Of a DNA stretch of 64,000 nucleotides, positions 24,839 to 34,967 are shown in pieces (the first letter of the stretch is position 1; every line of letters starts with the position of its first letter). The DNA is from an uncultured Alphaproteobacteria bacterium. Lineage in GTDB: Bacteria; Pseudomonadota; Alphaproteobacteria; Rhizobiales; Beijerinckiaceae. The translations under genes were made by a program, and so were the position numbers. Location of the stretch: the NCBI GenBank assembly GCA_963759985.1, contig CAVXBI010000002.1:105111-169110 (forward strand), in the 5' to 3' direction. The notes beneath the pieces were generated by a model that had not been told where the DNA came from, searched no databases, and saw nothing but the letters and a program-made list of their open reading frames with translations.

Positions 24839-24998
24839 CCTCAAATCTCAAACTTGCGATCCTGCAGCTGGGCTGCGGAGCCGCCGAAGATTGGTTCAGC
24901 TCAGACGGCCGCTCGTGGGGCCCCGTAAAAGGGGAAGAGGCCCACATTGACGCGCGCGCGCCCCGCCAATAATGACAACGGAAAAGGAGGAAGAGCCC

Positions 24999-25949
24999 GT
25001 GTCAGATAAGCCTTATAATATCGTTTTCCTCGACCGCGCCACGATCGGCGTTCCGGTGCGGGAGCCGAAATTTTCGCATACTTACAAGGAGTATCAGGAG
25101 ACTTCGCCCGATCAGGTCCTCGACCGTCTGGCCGGGGCCGAGATCGCCATCATCAACAAAGTGCCGATGCGCGGGCCGAGCCTCGAAAAGCTGCCGAAAC
25201 TGAAACTCATCGCGGTTGCCGCAACCGGCACCGACTGCATCGACAAGGCCTTTTGCAAGGCGCATGGCATCACGGTCTCGAACATCCGCAACTATGCGGT
25301 GAACACCGTGCCGGAGCATACGCTGTCGCTCATCTTCGCGCTGCGCCGCAGCCTCTTCCCCTACGTCCTCGACGTGCGCCACGGCAAGTGGCAGACGATC
25401 GATCAGTTTTGTTACTTCGATCATCCGATCCACGATATTTCCGGCTCGACGCTCGGCCTCGTCGGATTCGGGGCGCTCGGTAAATCGGTCGCAACGCGCG
25501 CCGAGGCTCTTGGAATGAAGGTGGTCGCGACCGACGTCTTCGATTTTCCCGGCAAGGTCGACCTCGACACGATCCTCGCCCAAAGCGATGTCATTTCGCT
25601 GCACTGTCCGCTTACAGAGACGACGCGCAACTTGATCGGCGCCGCCGAATTCAAGAAAATGAAGAAGGACGCAATTCTCATCAATACGGCGCGGGGCGGA
25701 CTTGTTGACGAGAAAGCCCTGGTCGAAGCGCTGAAGAGCGGCGAGATCGCCGGCGCTGGCTTCGACGTTCTCACCGTCGAGCCGCCGAAGAACGGCAACA
25801 TCCTCCTCGACGCCAAGCTGCCCAATCTGATCATCACCCCGCATGTGGCATGGGCGAGCGTCGAAGCGATGACGGGGCTCGCCAACCAGCTCGTCGACAA
25901 TATCGAGGCCTGGGTCGCGGGTAAGCCACGCAACGTCGTGCTGGAATAG
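24999..25949 (+). CDS. hprA: D-2-hydroxyacid dehydrogenase, hydroxypyruvate reductase (serine cycle)-like
   Basis: VFLDR N-terminus, AVAATGTD, GFGALG, INTARGG, TPHVAW; resembles methylotroph HprA; strong SD before GTG 24999. Confidence 0.72.
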   Translation: MSDKPYNIVFLDRATIGVPVREPKFSHTYKEYQETSPDQVLDRLAGAEIAIINKVPMRGPSLEKLPKLKLIAVAATGTDCIDKAFCKAHGITVSNIRNYAVNTVPEHTLSLIFALRRSLFPYVLDVRHGKWQTIDQFCYFDHPIHDISGSTLGLVGFGALGKSVATRAEALGMKVVATDVFDFPGKVDLDTILAQSDVISLHCPLTETTRNLIGAAEFKKMKKDAILINTARGGLVDEKALVEALKSGEIAGAGFDVLTVEPPKNGNILLDAKLPNLIITPHVAWASVEAMTGLANQLVDNIEAWVAGKPRNVVLE

Positions 25950-26179
25950 CGGCGCTTTACTAAGGCGTGCCTGTAGAGGTTGGAGGTCGATCTGCAGGAC
26001 CGTCGGTCGCCCTCGCGCTGCCCGTGCGCTGAGCTCAAATTCTCATCGTTAAGCGTGGCTGCAACGCAATCCCGCAGGATGGAACGATTCCTCGTCTGTC
26101 GCGTATGCCAAGCTACGGCTATTGGTGAAATCTTCGGGAGCATCGTTGCATCCATCCGGATGCAATCCGGCTCCCTTGC

Positions 26180-26800
26180 TCATGCGAGCTTGTTTTCGAC
26201 GGCGATGCGCACGAGATCGAGGGGCGTACGCGCGCCGAGTTTGCGCTTCAAGATCGCGCAGCTGTTAGCGACAGTCTTGTAGGACACGTTGATCACGCCT
26301 GCGATCTCTCCCATGCTTTTGCCGCTGCGCAGGAGCCGCAGGATCTCGAGCTCGCGCGGATTTAGGCCGCTTAAGAAACCGCCGCGCCGACCGGGGTCGA
26401 GAAAGGCGAGCTTTTGCGCCATCTCCGGCAAGAGGAACGTCTGACCTGCCGCAACGGCCCGGATTGCGCCAACGAACCGAGCCGGGTCTTCGCATTTTCC
26501 GATATAACCCTTCGCGCCGTTTTCGATCGCGCGCGCAGCGAAGATCGGGTCGTCGTTCATCGAGAAGACAATGATGCGCGCCTGCGGATCATATTGCAGA
26601 ATTCGCCGCGTCAGTGAAAAGCCCGACACGCCAGGAAGATTGATATCGATCACCACGACGTCGGGGCGGGTGGCCACATAGTGCTCATAAGCGTCCTCGG
26701 CATCGAGCGCATCATGCACCTCGATGTCACCATAGGGTGAGAGCATGGCCCGGCACCCCGAAATGATGACGGGATGATCGTCGATGACGAGAACTTGCAT
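26180..26800 (-). CDS. NarL/LuxR response regulator, MxcE/MoxX-like
   Basis: VIDDH, DINLPG, SMNDDP, GAKGYIGK, C-terminal LuxR HTH; divergent from HisKA_3 kinase. Confidence 0.88.
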   Translation of the reverse strand: MQVLVIDDHPVIISGCRAMLSPYGDIEVHDALDAEDAYEHYVATRPDVVVIDINLPGVSGFSLTRRILQYDPQARIIVFSMNDDPIFAARAIENGAKGYIGKCEDPARFVGAIRAVAAGQTFLLPEMAQKLAFLDPGRRGGFLSGLNPRELEILRLLRSGKSMGEIAGVINVSYKTVANSCAILKRKLGARTPLDLVRIAVENKLA

Positions 26801-27032
26801 GTCTCTTTGCTCGAGCGGTACGAAGCCTAGTTCCATTCTCTCGGCGTCGCCGGCTCTGTCAATAAGTCTTTGCAATCAAGGAGGTTTATTCGCTTGACGC
26901 GCCGGCCCATGATGACTTGATTGAGACATGTTCCCGGCGACTTTTGGATTTGTTCCCAAACGGGCCTGACTTTGCCGCGGCGCGGGGTGGAAGACAGGCG
27001 GCAAGCTCATTAAAGTCACGCCATCGGAGGCG

Positions 27033-28418
27033 TTGATGATGCGATCTCTTTCCTTGCGGGCGCGCTTGAATTTTTTGCTCGGCGCGCTGCTCTTTCTTTC
27101 CCTCCTGGCCAACATCGCTTTCATCGCTTGGAACGCCGGTCCCCGCGTGCGCTCGGAAAGTGAGTCCGATGCGCGTCTGTCGCGCGAACTCATCGAGACG
27201 GCGCTAGCGAGCTTGCAGGAAACGCCGGACCCCGGCCCACCCTTGCGGCGGTTGCTCGTGGATCTGCAGAACTTGCGCCACGTGCGGATCTTCGTGGCGG
27301 CGAACGAAGCCGAAGCACTATCCATGCCGATTGTGACCTACCTCAATCCGAATGGTCCGCCGCCTTGGTTCGTGCGGCTTTTCGAACCGCGACCGAGCTT
27401 GACGATCGTTCCGGCCACCATCCAGGGCCGGAATTTCGGCGACGTGGTCATCGCCGCCGATCCGACCAACGAGGTGGCTGAAATATGGGCCGAGGTCTGC
27501 TCGATCGTGCTCACGGCCTTCATCTTCGCCGTTTGCATATTGGTGGTCATCCTCATTCTTGTTGGCCGGGCGCTTAAACCGCTGACGGATGTCGGCCATG
27601 CGATCACGCGGCTCGCGAGCGGCGACACCAGCGTAAGCCTGGTGCCGCGCGGGCCGCCGGAGTTCATCGATATTTCCGAAAAGCTCAACGGGCTTGCTGT
27701 CAATCTCGCCACGGTCAACGCGGAGAACACCCGCCTCGTCCAGCAGATCATGAAGGTGCAAGAGGAGGAGCGTGCCCAAATCTCCCGCGATCTGCATGAC
27801 GAAATGGGCCCGCATCTGTTCTGCATCCGCGCCAACGTGAGCGCGCTTTGCGAGAAGATGCCGGATCCGGGCCAGATCAGCCAAACTGTAGTTGCGATCG
27901 GTGAACAGGCCGAGGCAATCCAGACGCTGCTCAGGCGCTTGCTGCAACGCCTGCGGCCCGCCGGGCTCGGCGAGCTCGGGCTCGCCGAAGCTCTGCGCGC
28001 TCTGGTCGGGTCCTGGCGCGCCGCTCATCCTGAAATGCAGATTTCGCTTAGCACGTCGGATGATTTTACTTCGGTCGACGAGAATATCGGCTTGGCGATC
28101 TACCGCGTCATTCAGGAAAGTCTCACCAACGTCTTCCGGCATGCCGGCGCAACCAGCGCCAACGTCAGCGTGGATTACGTAACGATGCGCGATCCTGCGC
28201 TGGCGAATGGAGTGGCGGTTGAAGCGCTGCGGGCGCGGGTCGAGGATAATGGAGTAGGCATGCCGGAGAAGTTCGAAAAAGGCCTGGGATTGACCGGCAT
28301 GAGCGAAAGGGTACGGGCATGCGGCGGTCGCCTCAGCATCGTGCCGCGTGCCGGCAAGGGAACGCTCATCGAAGCCGTTCTACCGCTGAGCCGCGAGGCC
28401 GCTCTTCAATCGGCGTAA
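27033..28418 (+). CDS. HAMP-HisKA_3 sensor kinase, MxcQ/MoxY-like methanol-utilisation regulator
   Basis: SLRARLN..TM..AGPRV, ERAQISRDLHDEMG, QESLTNVFRHA, DNGVG, GLGLTGMSERV. Confidence 0.85.
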   Translation: MMMRSLSLRARLNFLLGALLFLSLLANIAFIAWNAGPRVRSESESDARLSRELIETALASLQETPDPGPPLRRLLVDLQNLRHVRIFVAANEAEALSMPIVTYLNPNGPPPWFVRLFEPRPSLTIVPATIQGRNFGDVVIAADPTNEVAEIWAEVCSIVLTAFIFAVCILVVILILVGRALKPLTDVGHAITRLASGDTSVSLVPRGPPEFIDISEKLNGLAVNLATVNAENTRLVQQIMKVQEEERAQISRDLHDEMGPHLFCIRANVSALCEKMPDPGQISQTVVAIGEQAEAIQTLLRRLLQRLRPAGLGELGLAEALRALVGSWRAAHPEMQISLSTSDDFTSVDENIGLAIYRVIQESLTNVFRHAGATSANVSVDYVTMRDPALANGVAVEALRARVEDNGVGMPEKFEKGLGLTGMSERVRACGGRLSIVPRAGKGTLIEAVLPLSREAALQSA

Positions 28419-28650
28419 AGCTGCACTATCGAGATCAGGGCGCGTGCCAAAGCGGTACCGGTCGCGTATCGTTTGCCCGAAAGGGCCAGGGAGCTTGTCC
28501 CGAGCAGCCGATCGAAAAATCACGCACACGAATGAGCGCAATTCCCGATTTCACTGACCGAATTTGAATTTCTGCCTTCTGCGACGGCGAATTATGCTGA
28601 GCCTCGTTCAGTGGCCTCCCGGCGATGTCTTGCCTGCCGGAGCGAGGGAG

Positions 28651-28965
28651 ATGAGCTTGGCCTCTTTTATCGAAAGAACCTGGGTCACGCTCGAATTCGG
28701 CAATCACGAATATGATCATATCAACGGTTATGATCATGTGGTGAACATCGCAACCGAGGTGGTCCTAGGTTCGGCCGAGCCAGGTTATGATCCTGAAAAA
28801 TTCAAGGCCCTTGTGGAGGAAATCAAACCTTACCTGCGGCGCTATGACAAGGTCAACGTGGTCAGCAAGAGAACCGGTCAGACGGCGAACGAGCGGGTTC
28901 GACAGGCAAACGCCGCCGAGCACCACGTCGAACGTTTGGCATCCAAAGCGAAACAATTTGTGTAG
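28651..28965 (+). CDS. Hypothetical 104-aa protein
   Basis: GAGGGAG SD before ATG 28651, open frame, downstream hairpin; no recognised family. Confidence 0.65.
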   Translation: MSLASFIERTWVTLEFGNHEYDHINGYDHVVNIATEVVLGSAEPGYDPEKFKALVEEIKPYLRRYDKVNVVSKRTGQTANERVRQANAAEHHVERLASKAKQFV

Positions 28966-28970
28966 CGAAA

Positions 28971-28992
28971 GCCTACCTGCGCTCGGGTAGGC
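28971..28992. terminator. Hairpin between convergent genes (possible bidirectional terminator)
   Basis: gcctacc...ggtaggc stem. Confidence 0.45.
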
Positions 28993-29022
28993 CTTCGGGA
29001 CGCCGTGAAGACGGAGCGGTGC

Positions 29023-29427
29023 TTATTTCAAAAGCCGCTCGAGAGCACGTCCGGCTTTGGTTCTCAGCCCCGCGGCGTTAAGAGTGCCATCGCTATTCTT
29101 GTCGGCGGCGCGAAACAATTCTTCGACCATCGCGAGATATTCGTCTTTCGACAGCGTGGTGTCGTGGTCAGGGTTGGCGGCTTTGAACTGCTCCTTGCTC
29201 ATGTGGCCGGCCACTTCTTTCAAGTCGAGGGTCGAATCCTTGTCTTCATCGAGCCTGTCGAATGCGGCACTGGCTGCCGCCTTCACTTCGGCGAGGCTCA
29301 GCGTGCCGTCTTGGTCGGTATCCGCAGAGGTGAGTGCGGAGGCCGCCGCCGCGCTCTGCGGTAAGGCCAATGTGCCGCATGCGAGCGCCAGAAGTGATGT
29401 TGCGATTAGGAGCCGCCAGCGTTTCAC
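29023..29427 (-). CDS. lanM: Lanmodulin (LanM)-like periplasmic four-EF-hand protein
   Basis: Signal peptide; four 12-residue EF loops separated by 12/13/12-aa linkers; C-terminus KAGRALERLLK resembles LanM; SD before GTG 29427. Confidence 0.85.
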   Translation of the reverse strand: MKRWRLLIATSLLALACGTLALPQSAAAASALTSADTDQDGTLSLAEVKAAASAAFDRLDEDKDSTLDLKEVAGHMSKEQFKAANPDHDTTLSKDEYLAMVEELFRAADKNSDGTLNAAGLRTKAGRALERLLK

Positions 29428-29566
29428 GATCCCTCTCCCTCTTGCCGCCGACAATGTGAGAGGCGTTGCTTTGATCGGCCGACTTAGGAGGCATAGGAGG
29501 TTGGAAATGGGCCAGCAATGACAATCATGTCCGAACGGGGCTGCCGTTTCTTCCTGCGCCACTCAC

Positions 29567-30040
29567 CTATCCGCCTGCCGCGCGGTTCAACCGGTCGAGT
29601 GCGCCTTGTAAGATGTAAGCGGCCGCCATGCGATCGACCACTTCGGCGCGTTTGGCGCGCGAAACATCCTGCGCGATCAAGGCGCGGGTGACGGCTGCGG
29701 TCGACAGTCTCTCGTCCCAGAGGACACAGGGAATTGCCGAAAGCTTGCCCAGATTGCGGACGAAGGCGCGCGTCGCCTGGACGCGCGGACCCTCGCTTCC
29801 GTCCATATTGAGGGGGAAGCCGACGACGAAAGCGGCGACATCGAATTCTTTCGCCCGTGCCAGCAATTTTGCTGCATCGCCCGAAAATCTGCTGCGCTCA
29901 AGCGTTTCCAGAGGCGTTGCCAGACGCCGTTCGACGTCGGAAAGCGCAAGGCCGATCGTCTTCGTGCCGAGGTCGATGCCCATCAGTCTCTGCCCCCGGC
30001 CGAGACGCCCGGCCAGATCCTCGATTTGGGCCAGAACCAT
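29567..30040 (-). CDS. ruvX: Holliday junction resolvase-like / pre-16S rRNA nuclease RuvX (YqgF)
   Basis: [46 protein letters not shown]. Confidence 0.95.
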   Translation of the reverse strand: MVLAQIEDLAGRLGRGQRLMGIDLGTKTIGLALSDVERRLATPLETLERSRFSGDAAKLLARAKEFDVAAFVVGFPLNMDGSEGPRVQATRAFVRNLGKLSAIPCVLWDERLSTAAVTRALIAQDVSRAKRAEVVDRMAAAYILQGALDRLNRAAGG

Positions 30041-30154
30041 TCTCCTGCTTCGTTCAAGTGGTGGCCGGCAGTCGGCGCCAGCCTGAGGACGCCGGGCCTC
30101 TTGCCGCCGCAGGCTTTTCTCGCCATCTTCCCGGCACGCAAGCAGAGGAGCACC

Positions 30155-30850
30155 ATGAACCTCATTTGGCTCGGCCATTCGGCCTTCCGCATCGAGAGCG
30201 GCGCCGCGATCATCCTCATCGATCCGTTTCTGCGCGGCAATCGAAAATTCACGCTCGATTTTGCTGCTATGACCGCCGGCGCCACCCACATCCTTTTGAC
30301 CCACGGCCATGACGATCATGTCGGCGACACCGTCGAAATAGCCAAGGCGACCGGAGCCGAGGTCATTTCCAACTTCGAAGTGTGCATGTATCTCGCCGCG
30401 CAAGGCGTTGCAAAGATCAATCCCGGCAATACCGGTGGGACGATCGCCTGCGGCGATTTCAGCGTGAGCTTTACCCAGGCCTTGCATTCTTCGAGCACGA
30501 TCGTCGACGGCCAATTCATCTATCTCGGAAATCCCATGGGGCTCGTCGTGACGCCGCGCGAGGGGCCGACCCTTTATCATATGGGCGATACCGAGATTTT
30601 CTCGGACATGGGCCTCGTCAACGAGCTTTATCAACCCAAGATCGGACTGGTGCCCGTCGGCGACCGGTTCACCATGGGAGGCAAAACGGCCGCCGAGGCG
30701 GTGCGGCGCTATTTTGGCTTCGATGCCGTGGTGCCCTGTCACTACGGCACGTTCGACCTGCTCGCTCAGGACCCGAGCGAATTCGTCGCCGCCGTGGGCG
30801 CGAAGCCGAAGGTCCTCGTACCGCGGATCGGCGAGAGCCTGGCGTTCTGA
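30155..30850 (+). CDS. Metal-dependent hydrolase (UPF0173, MBL fold)
   Basis: [28 protein letters not shown]. Confidence 0.92.
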   Translation: MNLIWLGHSAFRIESGAAIILIDPFLRGNRKFTLDFAAMTAGATHILLTHGHDDHVGDTVEIAKATGAEVISNFEVCMYLAAQGVAKINPGNTGGTIACGDFSVSFTQALHSSSTIVDGQFIYLGNPMGLVVTPREGPTLYHMGDTEIFSDMGLVNELYQPKIGLVPVGDRFTMGGKTAAEAVRRYFGFDAVVPCHYGTFDLLAQDPSEFVAAVGAKPKVLVPRIGESLAF

Positions 30851-30947
30851 AAGCCGCGCATGAGGAGGAGAACATAAGCCTCGCATTGCCCCGGCGGACG
30901 GGCGGATGTATAGGCTCGCTCCTGCCTTTCCGAGCCCGAGAGTGCCC

Positions 30948-31235
30948 ATGCCCGTCGATCAGGCGACTGTGCGCCGTATTGCCCATCTTGCCCGCATCAA
31001 ACTCGAAGACGCCGATGTGCCGCATCTGGCCTCCGAGCTCAATGCCATCCTCGCCTTCGTCGAGGAACTGAGTTCGGTCGATGTCGAGGGCGTCGAACCG
31101 ATGACTTCGGTCATGCCGATGCGGATGAAACAGCGGCCCGATGTCGTCACCGAGGGCGATATCGCCGATGAGATCGTCGCCAATGCGCCGGCAACCGAAG
31201 ACCATTATTTCGTCGTGCCGAAGGTCGTGGAATAG
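30948..31235 (+). CDS. gatC: Asp/Glu-tRNA amidotransferase subunit C
   Basis: [25 protein letters not shown]. Confidence 0.95.
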   Translation: MPVDQATVRRIAHLARIKLEDADVPHLASELNAILAFVEELSSVDVEGVEPMTSVMPMRMKQRPDVVTEGDIADEIVANAPATEDHYFVVPKVVE

Positions 31236-31268
31236 GGCGGGCGGCTCCTAATATAAGAGAGTAGCGAT

Positions 31269-32754
31269 TTGACCGATTTGACCGAACTCACCCTTGCCGC
31301 GGCGCGCGATGCCCTGGTGAAGCGGCAAGTCTCCGCCGTCGAGCTCGCAAACGCCCATATCGCGGCAATTGAGGCTGCGCGGGTCCTTAATTGCTTCATC
31401 ACCGAGACGCCGGAGGCAGCGCTTGCCGCAGCGGCCGCGGCGGATGCGCGGCTCAAACGCGGCGAGGCCCGCCCGCTCGAAGGCATCCCGCTCGGCATCA
31501 AGGACCTCTATTGCACCAAGGGCGTGCACGACGACGGCTGCGAGCCACATTCTCGAGAATTTCGTGCCGACTTATGAATCGACTGTCACCGCCAATCTCT
31601 GGCGCGACGGCGCCGTGATGCTCGGCAAGCTCAATCTCGATGAATTCGCAATGGGCTCGTCGAACGAGACCTCGCATTTCGGGCCGGTGATCTCGCCCTG
31701 GCGGCGGCCGGGTTCGAACGTCAAGCTCGTTCCCGGCGGCTCGTCCGGCGGTTCGGCGGCGGCGGTCGCGGCAAGGCTTTGCTTCGGCGCGACGGCGACC
31801 GACACCGGCGGCTCGATCCGCCAGCCTGCCGCCTTCACCGGCACGGTCGGGATCAAGCCGACCTATGGACGCTGTTCGCGCTGGGGCATCGTAGCCTTTG
31901 CCTCTTCGCTCGATCAGGCGGGTCCGATCGCGCGCAATGTGCGCGACGCCGCGATCCTGCTTGCGCTCGATGGCCGGGCATGATCCGAAAGATACGACCT
32001 GCGTCGACCGGCCGGTGCCGGACTACGAGGCGGCGGTCGGCACCTCCATCAAAGGCAAGGTGATCGGCATTCCGAAGGAATATCGGCTCGACGGCATGCC
32101 AGCCGAGATCGAGAAGCTGTGGGGCGAAGGCGTCGCCTGGCTGAGGTCGGCAGGCGCCAAGATCGTCGAGATTTCTTTGCCGCACACGCGCTATGCGCTT
32201 GCCTGCTTATTATATCGTGGCGCCGGCCGAAGCCTCGTCCAATCTCGCCCGCTATGACGGCGTGCGCTATGGGCTGCGCGTTCCCGGCAAGGACGTCATC
32301 GATCTCTACGAGAAGACCCGCGCGGCAGGTTTCGGCAAGGAAGTTCGCCGCCGCATCATGATCGGAACTTACGTGCTCTCGGCCGGCTATTACGATGCCT
32401 ATTACGTGCGCGCGCAGAAAATCAGAACCCTGATCAAGCGCGATTTCGAGACGGCCTTTGGCGCGGGAGTCGATGCGATCCTGACGCCGGCGACGCCGTC
32501 GGCAGCCTTCGGCATTGGGCGAAAAGGGCACGGCCGATCCGGTCGAGATGTATTTGAACGACGTATTCACGGTGACGGTGAACATGGCCGGCTTGCCGGG
32601 GATTGCCGTGCCGGCCGGAACTTCGTCCGAGGGCCTGCCGCTCGCGTTACAACTGATCGGCCGCGCCTTCGACGAAGAAACATTGTTCGCGATCGCCGCG
32701 GCCATCGAGCAGGCAGCGCCGAAGATCGCATTACCCAAGAAATGGTGGGATTAA
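31269..32754 (+). CDS. gatA: Asp/Glu-tRNA amidotransferase subunit A, four apparent +1 frameshifts (~31528, ~31961, ~32200, ~32518)
   Basis: [50 protein letters not shown] and YLNDVFTV across five ORF pieces. Confidence 0.93.
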
Positions 32755-32771
32755 AGTGCCGGAGAGGCCGC

Positions 32772-32817
32772 TTGACGTTCCTCTGTCACAATGTTAATTG
32801 CATTAACATTGTGACAG
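32772..32817 (+). promoter_or_regulatory. sigma70-like promoter overlapped by perfect 16-bp inverted repeat (operator)
   Basis: TTGACG at 32772; ctgtcacaatgttaat-tgc-attaacattgtgacag at 32783-32817; SD follows immediately. Confidence 0.7.
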
Positions 32818-32829
32818 GGAGGCGCGAAG

Positions 32830-33315
32830 ATGGCTGAGGTCGTCAAAGGCCGGCACACGGCGATGCGTTCGCGCTCCTTCGTCGTCTTTGTCATCGGCAT
32901 GCGGATCAATTCCTGGCACAAGGTCGCCCACTGGCTGTCGGTGGCAGCAGCGATGCCCCGGATGTTGCAGGAGCTCGCCAGACAGCCGGAGCTTGGCTAC
33001 CTCGGTGGAAAGGTCTGGTTCGGACGAACGATCGTGGCGGTTCAGTACTGGCGCGACGTCGAGTCGCTCAATGCATACGCCCGCGCCCGCGAGCATGAAC
33101 ATCTTCCGGCCTGGCGGGAGTTCAATCGTGCAATCGGTGGCTCCGGTGACGTTGGTATCTTCCATGAGACCTATCGCGTCGAACCGGGCGCTTACGAGTG
33201 CGTCTATGTGAACATGCCGCGTATCTTGTTCGGCGCGATCGCAGAGCGGATGCCGGCGACGGGTCGGCTGGAAGACGCAGCGGGACGCATGGCAGCGGGT
33301 CGGCCTGCAACTTGA
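32830..33315 (+). CDS. DUF4188 family protein (dehydratase/monooxygenase-like)
   Basis: [39 protein letters not shown]. Confidence 0.85.
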   Translation: MAEVVKGRHTAMRSRSFVVFVIGMRINSWHKVAHWLSVAAAMPRMLQELARQPELGYLGGKVWFGRTIVAVQYWRDVESLNAYARAREHEHLPAWREFNRAIGGSGDVGIFHETYRVEPGAYECVYVNMPRILFGAIAERMPATGRLEDAAGRMAAGRPAT

Positions 33316-33388
33316 ACGCCGGACTTGTCGCATCGCACGGTGCGACCTAGAACGGCGGACAATTCTCGGCGCCACCGCAGAGGCCGCA

Positions 33389-34878
33389 ATGAACACACAT
33401 ACAAATCCGTCCAAGCTCATCAAGGGCGCGACCGGCGACTGGGAGGTCGTGATCGGCATGGAGGTCCATGCCCAGGTCATCTCCAAAGCCAAGCTCTTCT
33501 CTGGCGCCTCGGCCGAATTCGGCGGCGAGCCTAACACGCCATGTCTCGCTGGTCGATGCCGCCATGCCCGGCATGTTGCCGGTCATCAATGCCGAATGCG
33601 TCGCGCAGGCGGTGCGCAGCGGGCTCGGCCTCAAGGCCAAGATCAACCTGCGCTCCCACTTCGACCGCAAGAATTATTTCTATCCGGATCTGCCGCAGGG
33701 CTATCAGATCTCCCAGTACAAGAGTCCGATCGTCGGCGAGGGCGTCGTCATCGTCGACGTATCGCCCGAACGAACGGATCGAGGTCGGCATCGAGCGCCT
33801 TCACCTTGAGCAGGATGCCGGCAAGTCGCTGCATGACCAGTCGGCGACGGAATCCTTCGTCGACCTCAACCGCGCCGGCGTCGCTCTGATGGAGATCGTC
33901 TCAAAGCCGGACATGCGCTCGGCCGAAGAGGCCAAGGCCTATGTCGGCAAGCTCAGGACTATCCTGCGCTATCTCGGCACCTGCGACGGCAATATGGAGC
34001 AGGGCTCGCTGCGCGCCGACGTCAATGTCTCCGTGCGCCGCCCGGGCGAGCCCTGGGCACGCGCTGCGAGATCAAGAACGTCAATTCGATCCGCTTCATC
34101 GGCCAGGCGATCGAGTCCGAAGCGCGCCGCCAGATCGGCGTTCTCGAGGACGGCGGCACGATCGACCAGGAGACGCGGCTCTTCGATCCGGGCCGCGGCG
34201 AGACGCGCTCGATGCGCTCCAAGGAGGAGGCGCACGACTATCGCTATTTCCCCGATCCGGATCTTCTGCCGCTCGAACTCGACCCGGCTTATGTCGACGC
34301 GCTCGCGGCGGCGCTGCCCGGAATTGCCCGACGCCAAGAAGGCCCGTTTCATTACGCACTACGGGCTCGCGGCCTATGATGCCGGCATCCTCGTCGCCGA
34401 TAAGGAGACCGCCGATTATTTCGAAGCTGTCGTCGCCCACGGCGGCAAAAGCCGCGATCCCAAGGTCGTCGCCAATTGGATCATGGGCGACGTTGCGGCC
34501 TATGCCAACTCCGTCGGCCTTTCGGTGCCGCAGACCCATCTGCAGCCGGCGCAGATCGCGGATCTTGTCGATCTCATCGCGGCGGGCACGATCTCGGGAA
34601 AAATCGCCAAGGACCTGCTTCTGATCCTTATCGCGGAAGAGAAGGACGGCGAACCGAGCGCTATCGTCGAGGCGAGGGGAATGAAACAGGTGACGGATCT
34701 CGGCGCCATCGAGGCTGCGGTCGACGCCATCATTGCCGCCAATCCGGACAAGGTCGCGCAAGCGCGAGCCAAGCCTTCGATGCTTGGATGGTTCGTCGGA
34801 CAAGTGATGAAAGAGACAGGCGGCAAGGCCAATCCGCAGGCCGTCAACGATCTCCTGAAGACCAAACTCGGCATCTGA
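33389..34878 (+). CDS. gatB: Asp/Glu-tRNA amidotransferase subunit B, four apparent frameshifts (~33540, ~33770, ~34055, ~34319)
   Basis: [51 protein letters not shown]. Confidence 0.94.
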
Positions 34879-34946
34879 GCGGCCTGCCGAATCATCGCTC
34901 GATTCGCTCGATTTGCGTTTCGAGGCCAGGAGAGGCCTCTCGCGGG

Positions 34947-34967
34947 GGCCTTTCGGCCAATTTTTTT
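34947..34967 (+). terminator. Possible intrinsic terminator after gatB
   Basis: ggcc-tttc-ggcc hairpin followed by aaT7. Confidence 0.4.

Noticed and set aside
32794-32807. Possible CtrA site TTAA...TTAAC
   Set aside because: Spacer is 5 nt, not the required 7; better explained as part of the 16-bp palindrome
31269-34878. gatA/gatB as genuine pseudogenes or programmed frameshift genes
   Set aside because: Essential function, no slippery heptamers, and the same +1 duplication bias occurs across unrelated genes, indicating sequencing error
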